Source of the DNA: the human T2T-CHM13v2.0 reference genome, Homo sapiens
Reading direction: 5' to 3' (one strand)
DNA length: 64,000 nucleotides
Assembly: GCF_009914755.1 (NCBI RefSeq)
Contig: NC_060931.1
Both the position numbers and the translations under genes were made by a program. The notes under the pieces are model-generated. The model saw only the letters and a program-made list of their open reading frames with translations, was not told the DNA's origin and searched no databases. Positions 56,375-64,000 of the stretch are shown piece after piece. How positions within the stretch are numbered: the first letter of the stretch is position 1; each line of letters begins with the position of its first letter.

Positions 56375-57883
56375 TAGAGACAGGGTTTCGCCATGATGGC
56401 CAGGCTGGTCTCGAACTCCTGACCTCAAGTGATCCTCCCACCTCGGCCTCCTAAAGTGCTGGGATTACATGCGTGACCCACCATGCCTGGTCTGAGCTTT
56501 TCTTTTTTAATGGGCCTATACTCCTGATACCAAATTCCCAGATCAAACCACAGACAGAGCAAGCTGCTGACCAGGGTCAGGGCTCCCCAGAGAGCTAGGT
56601 TCCTCGATAGGACAACGGCATCTTGTTCTCATCAGGAACCAGACCACGCCTGAGGTTCCGTGGATGATTACAAACAGAGCACGGGCCATCCATCGCTGAG
56701 ACCCAGGGAACTGCATATGAACCCCCCACGCACACCCACACACAAGCAGGACATGGGAGATGCAAGAGACCAGACCACAAAGGGGAAAAAAAAAATCACT
56801 GGTTCCACGTCACAAAACTGAAGTGTGGTGCTGGAAATACTCACCGCTCAGATGATTTCCTCTGACTCAAATCAGAGTCAAGGGACAAGCGGAGCCAGCC
56901 AAGGACATCAGAGCCATCCGTCCCACCAATCCCCCGGAACCCCCTTCTGAAAGGGCCCATTGGACTTCAGCTCATTCCTCAAAACACCTCTCGGGTCTCT
57001 CATTTCGGGAATGTTTATCTGAGGGGAGGCCCAGCGATTTGTTCCGGAGTTAAAAAGGAATACTATTTTAGCAAATTGGGGGAATCTTGGAATAACCTAC
57101 CAAGTAGGAGTTTGGAGTTCCAAAAAGAGTCCTCGTCTCTGTTTAACTAAATGCCACCCATGCCTGGTTTCTTGCGTTTTCTTTTTTAACCCTCCTCCTG
57201 GCTGGTGGTTGGTTTGGTCTGAAAGTGACTCCGGTTTTTTTCTAGGGTCTCCTGACATGAAAGTGAAAAGATTCCAAAATATCTGACGGGGCTAAGTCTG
57301 TCTTGATCCTCATAGAGGCCAAATGGAGAAGAACCTTCATTGGCCACCAAATAAGGTCCCTCCAAGAAAATTCCAAGCAGTCAGCCAGCATAATGGGCCA
57401 AGTGAGATACAATTAAATCCATTTCAGCAAACCTTGATTGATCTATGGCAAGCACAGCAAGGAAGAAGGCGCACTTCCTTCTCCTGGCTGCCTTAAGGGT
57501 AGACAACAAGGAACGCAATTAATCAACCAGAAAATGTAACGCCTCAGAAGTCAGCAAGAACAAATTAGGAACTGTGAAAAATGTCACAGGAAGAGAAATA
57601 TTTAGTCAGTTTTTCCCCCACGGCTAAATTTGCACTGAACACGAAGACCTAGTTTTCCATGCACAGAAGGCTGGACTCTCATCTGGTGTCTTACAGACCC
57701 CAAAACTCCAAGATTGGTTAACCAGGATGCTCAGATTATCTTAACGCGTTTAAGGGAACTCAGCCTGTGCCTCACAAAATTCAAGAAGTGATTTGTTTTT
57801 TCAGAGCTGACAATTCAAGGAGATTTTATGTTGAACTCAACTGGAAACAGACTGTCTACACCCAGTTGTCCAGAATGAACTAA

Positions 57884-58150
<267 letters not shown>

Positions 58151-58161
58151 TAAATTATTGA

Positions 58162-58500
<339 letters not shown>

Positions 58501-58838
58501 TGACTTCAACACTCACAACAGGCATTCTGAATTTACATGCTCTTTCATTACGTCCTGTTTCCTAACTTTAAAGTGCATTCCTGTTCTGAAAAGATAAAAA
58601 GGACCTAGCACAATTGTCTAGGGTGTTATTTATGAGAAAGGTCTGTGCAACTATCTCCCTCTAAGGAAAACCATCTGAAGAGGGAAAGCTCCATGCCTAC
58701 GAATGGCTGCTTAACGTGGCCAGACGCAAATCCAACAGAGACCCTCACAGGCCAGGCCACACTGCTCATGTCCCAGCTGCAGCCCCACACCTGGTGTGAA
58801 TCCCAGCACCACCTATTGGCCGTGTGCTCATGGGCATA

Positions 58839-59318
58839 TGAATACAAGGCAGGCCAGCCCCCAAATTCGGGCTTAGCCCAGAGGCTTCTAGGCTTTGTCT
58901 AGGAAGGAATTCAAGGCTGAGCCGATGGTGTTAGCAACTTTTATTGAAGCAGCAGCACGCACAGCAGCAACAGAGGTCCTGCTCCTTGCAGAGCAGAACC
59001 ACCCCCTTACCAGGGCACCCAGAGCAGCAACTTAGAGGCAGTGTTGCACTCATATTTATACCTACTTTTAATTATATGCAAACTAAGGGGTGATTTATGC
59101 AGAAATTTCTAGAATGGGGGTAGTAAATTCCGGGTTGTCCAGTCATTGTCATGGAAAAGGGCATCCACGTGTTGCCATGGTGATGGTAAACTGACATGGC
59201 CCACTGGCAGGCGTGTCTTATGGGAAGGTGATTCTGCCCTGGACCTATTTCAGCTAGTCCTCAATTTCGACTGCTATCCAGGCCCTGCCTCCAGCGTCGA
59301 GTTCTGTCTCCTAACTCA
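58839..59318 (-). mobile_element. Solo ERV1 LTR (MER66-like), ~480 bp
   Basis: Minus strand TGAGTTAGGAGACAGAACTCGAC...ATTGAGGACTAGCTGAAATAGG...AATAAAAGTTGC...TCA. Family from recalled consensus. Confidence 0.65.
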
Positions 59319-59457
59319 TTACCAAACCTCTGTATGCCTCAGTTTCCTCATCTCTGAAGTGAGGCTAGGACTACCTACTTCTCAGCTTGTTAGTTCACAC
59401 ACAGACCCTAAGGAGAATGCAGAGCACATTGTCCAGGCTCTCAAAGAGTTGGGGATC

Positions 59458-62156
<2,699 letters not shown>

Positions 62157-62859
62157 TTAAACTTCGCAGAAGCTTCCAGGAGTGTCCCTCCTTTCCTATC
62201 TAGCCAAGGAAGGAAGGCTAACCGTGCACATGCCGTCCTGAGATAAGAAACTGCACACACAGAGACACTCCCCAGACTCTGAAGAGCTGAAAATGCAATT
62301 TCAAATCTCCTTTTGGTGCAAAACACGGGCACTAAGTGGCCGGTTCTTGAAAGACAGGTCCACCCCCAGCCTGGACTGGAATTTCTCAGGAGCTGGGAGG
62401 TGAAATTTCGGTCCTGAAGATAATGAACTGTGCCCAGTAATGAATATCATCTGACTCTCCTTGACAGCTTTGGCCAGAGAGCTGCTTTTGGCTTTTGGCT
62501 GAGAGTGAGGTTCCCAGACAAGCCTTGCTGTTCCTGCAGACGCCGGAGGGTCTGGGTGCTCCTTCCTGCTGTGCTGCCGGTGGGTCACCGAAACAGCTGG
62601 ACTCAACAGAGCACCGGGCTGAGCCAGCAGCACTCAGGCCTCAGAAACAGCTGGAGGCAGGGGAGCTCTTCTGCTGATCAACCGCAGTGCCCTCTGTTAG
62701 GAGCAGACACTGAGGCAAGAAAACGGATTTCACCCTAAAGGCACCTCCCTCTGGGTAAATCCAACGGGACTTGGGGCATGAATACCAAGGCAGTCAGTCC
62801 AGATAGTCCTACAAAATTATCTTAGGAACCTCAGGTTTTCCCCCAACATTTTGTATTTT

Positions 62860-63260
<401 letters not shown>

Positions 63261-64000
63261 TAACCACCATCCAGGCCAAGAATTAAAGACAGCCAGACTA
63301 GGCACGGTGGCTCACACCAGTAATCCCAGCACTTTGGGAGGCCGAAGCAGGAGAACTGCTTGAGCCCAGGAGTTCAAGAACAGCCTCAGCAACGTAGTGA
63401 GTCCCTGTCTCTACAAAATAAAAAATAAAGACAGCGGCACCCTGGAAACGCTCCTTCTGGTTGCATCCCTGACAGATCTGGGTGCCTTCTTCCCGCCAGA
63501 GGGAACTACCAGCCTAATTGGTACGGCATCTTCCTCGATTTTCATTCAGTCTTATCCCTTATCAGGCTCTGTAGGGTCTCCCAAAGCATTGGGATTACAG
63601 GCATGAGCCACTGTGCCCAACCCGGGACAAGTCATTTTTTTGTTTGTTTTTTGTTTTTGAGACAGTCTTGTTCTGTCGCCCAGGCTGGAGTGCAGTGGCG
63701 CGATCTCAGCTCACTGCAACCTCGAGCAATTCTCCTTCCTCAGGCTCCCGAGTAGCTGGGATTACAGGCGCATGCCACCAAGCCTGGCTAATTTTTGTAT
63801 TTTTTTTTAGTAGAGACGGGGTTTCACCATGTTGGCCAGGCTGTAATCCAGCCACCTCAGCCTCCCAAAGTGCTGGGATTACAGGCGTGAGCCACCGTGC
63901 CCAGCCTCCGGGACAAATTTTAATATGGATTCCATTTAACAAATCATTTTCTGGAAAACATGTGGCAAGAATATCTCTAACTGAAATTTTTTTTAACTGA

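Overview
Alu-dense human (primate) genomic DNA. I recognise it from the encoded proteins as the chr7p22.3 NUDT1 (MTH1) / SNX8 locus. The + strand carries NUDT1: an alternative upstream exon at 343-466 and three coding exons giving the 156-aa p18 Nudix 8-oxo-dGTPase, with a polyA signal at 8542. The - strand carries SNX8 exons 2-11 (PX-BAR sorting nexin, 465 aa; exon 1 lies beyond the window end) with a ~3.3-kb 3'UTR converging tail-to-tail on NUDT1, and the tailed mirtron MIR6836. Introns contain dozens of Alus, two full-length SVAs, two solo ERV1 LTRs, L1 fragments, MER30/MER5, an Alu-split IMMP1L retrocopy and a CpG-rich 29-bp minisatellite. There is no prokaryotic-type system and no CRISPR array; nearly all long ORFs in the track are Alu/SVA/VNTR or antisense artefacts. 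The most notable observations are: (1) an SVA whose 19-bp target-site duplication copies the SNX8 exon-5 splice donor; (2) NUDT1 N-terminal extensions encoded inside an antisense solo LTR, whose TATA box has become a two-way palindrome; (3) a 132-bp perfect-identity tract between two Alus 32.5 kb apart; (4) an IMMP1L retrocopy that stops at an exon boundary; (5) a palindromic CpG-rich VNTR with 170-bp higher-order structure; (6) a 45-bp unique sequence copied into an inverted-L1 junction. Repeat subfamily names are from recalled consensus sequences and need RepeatMasker/Dfam confirmation.
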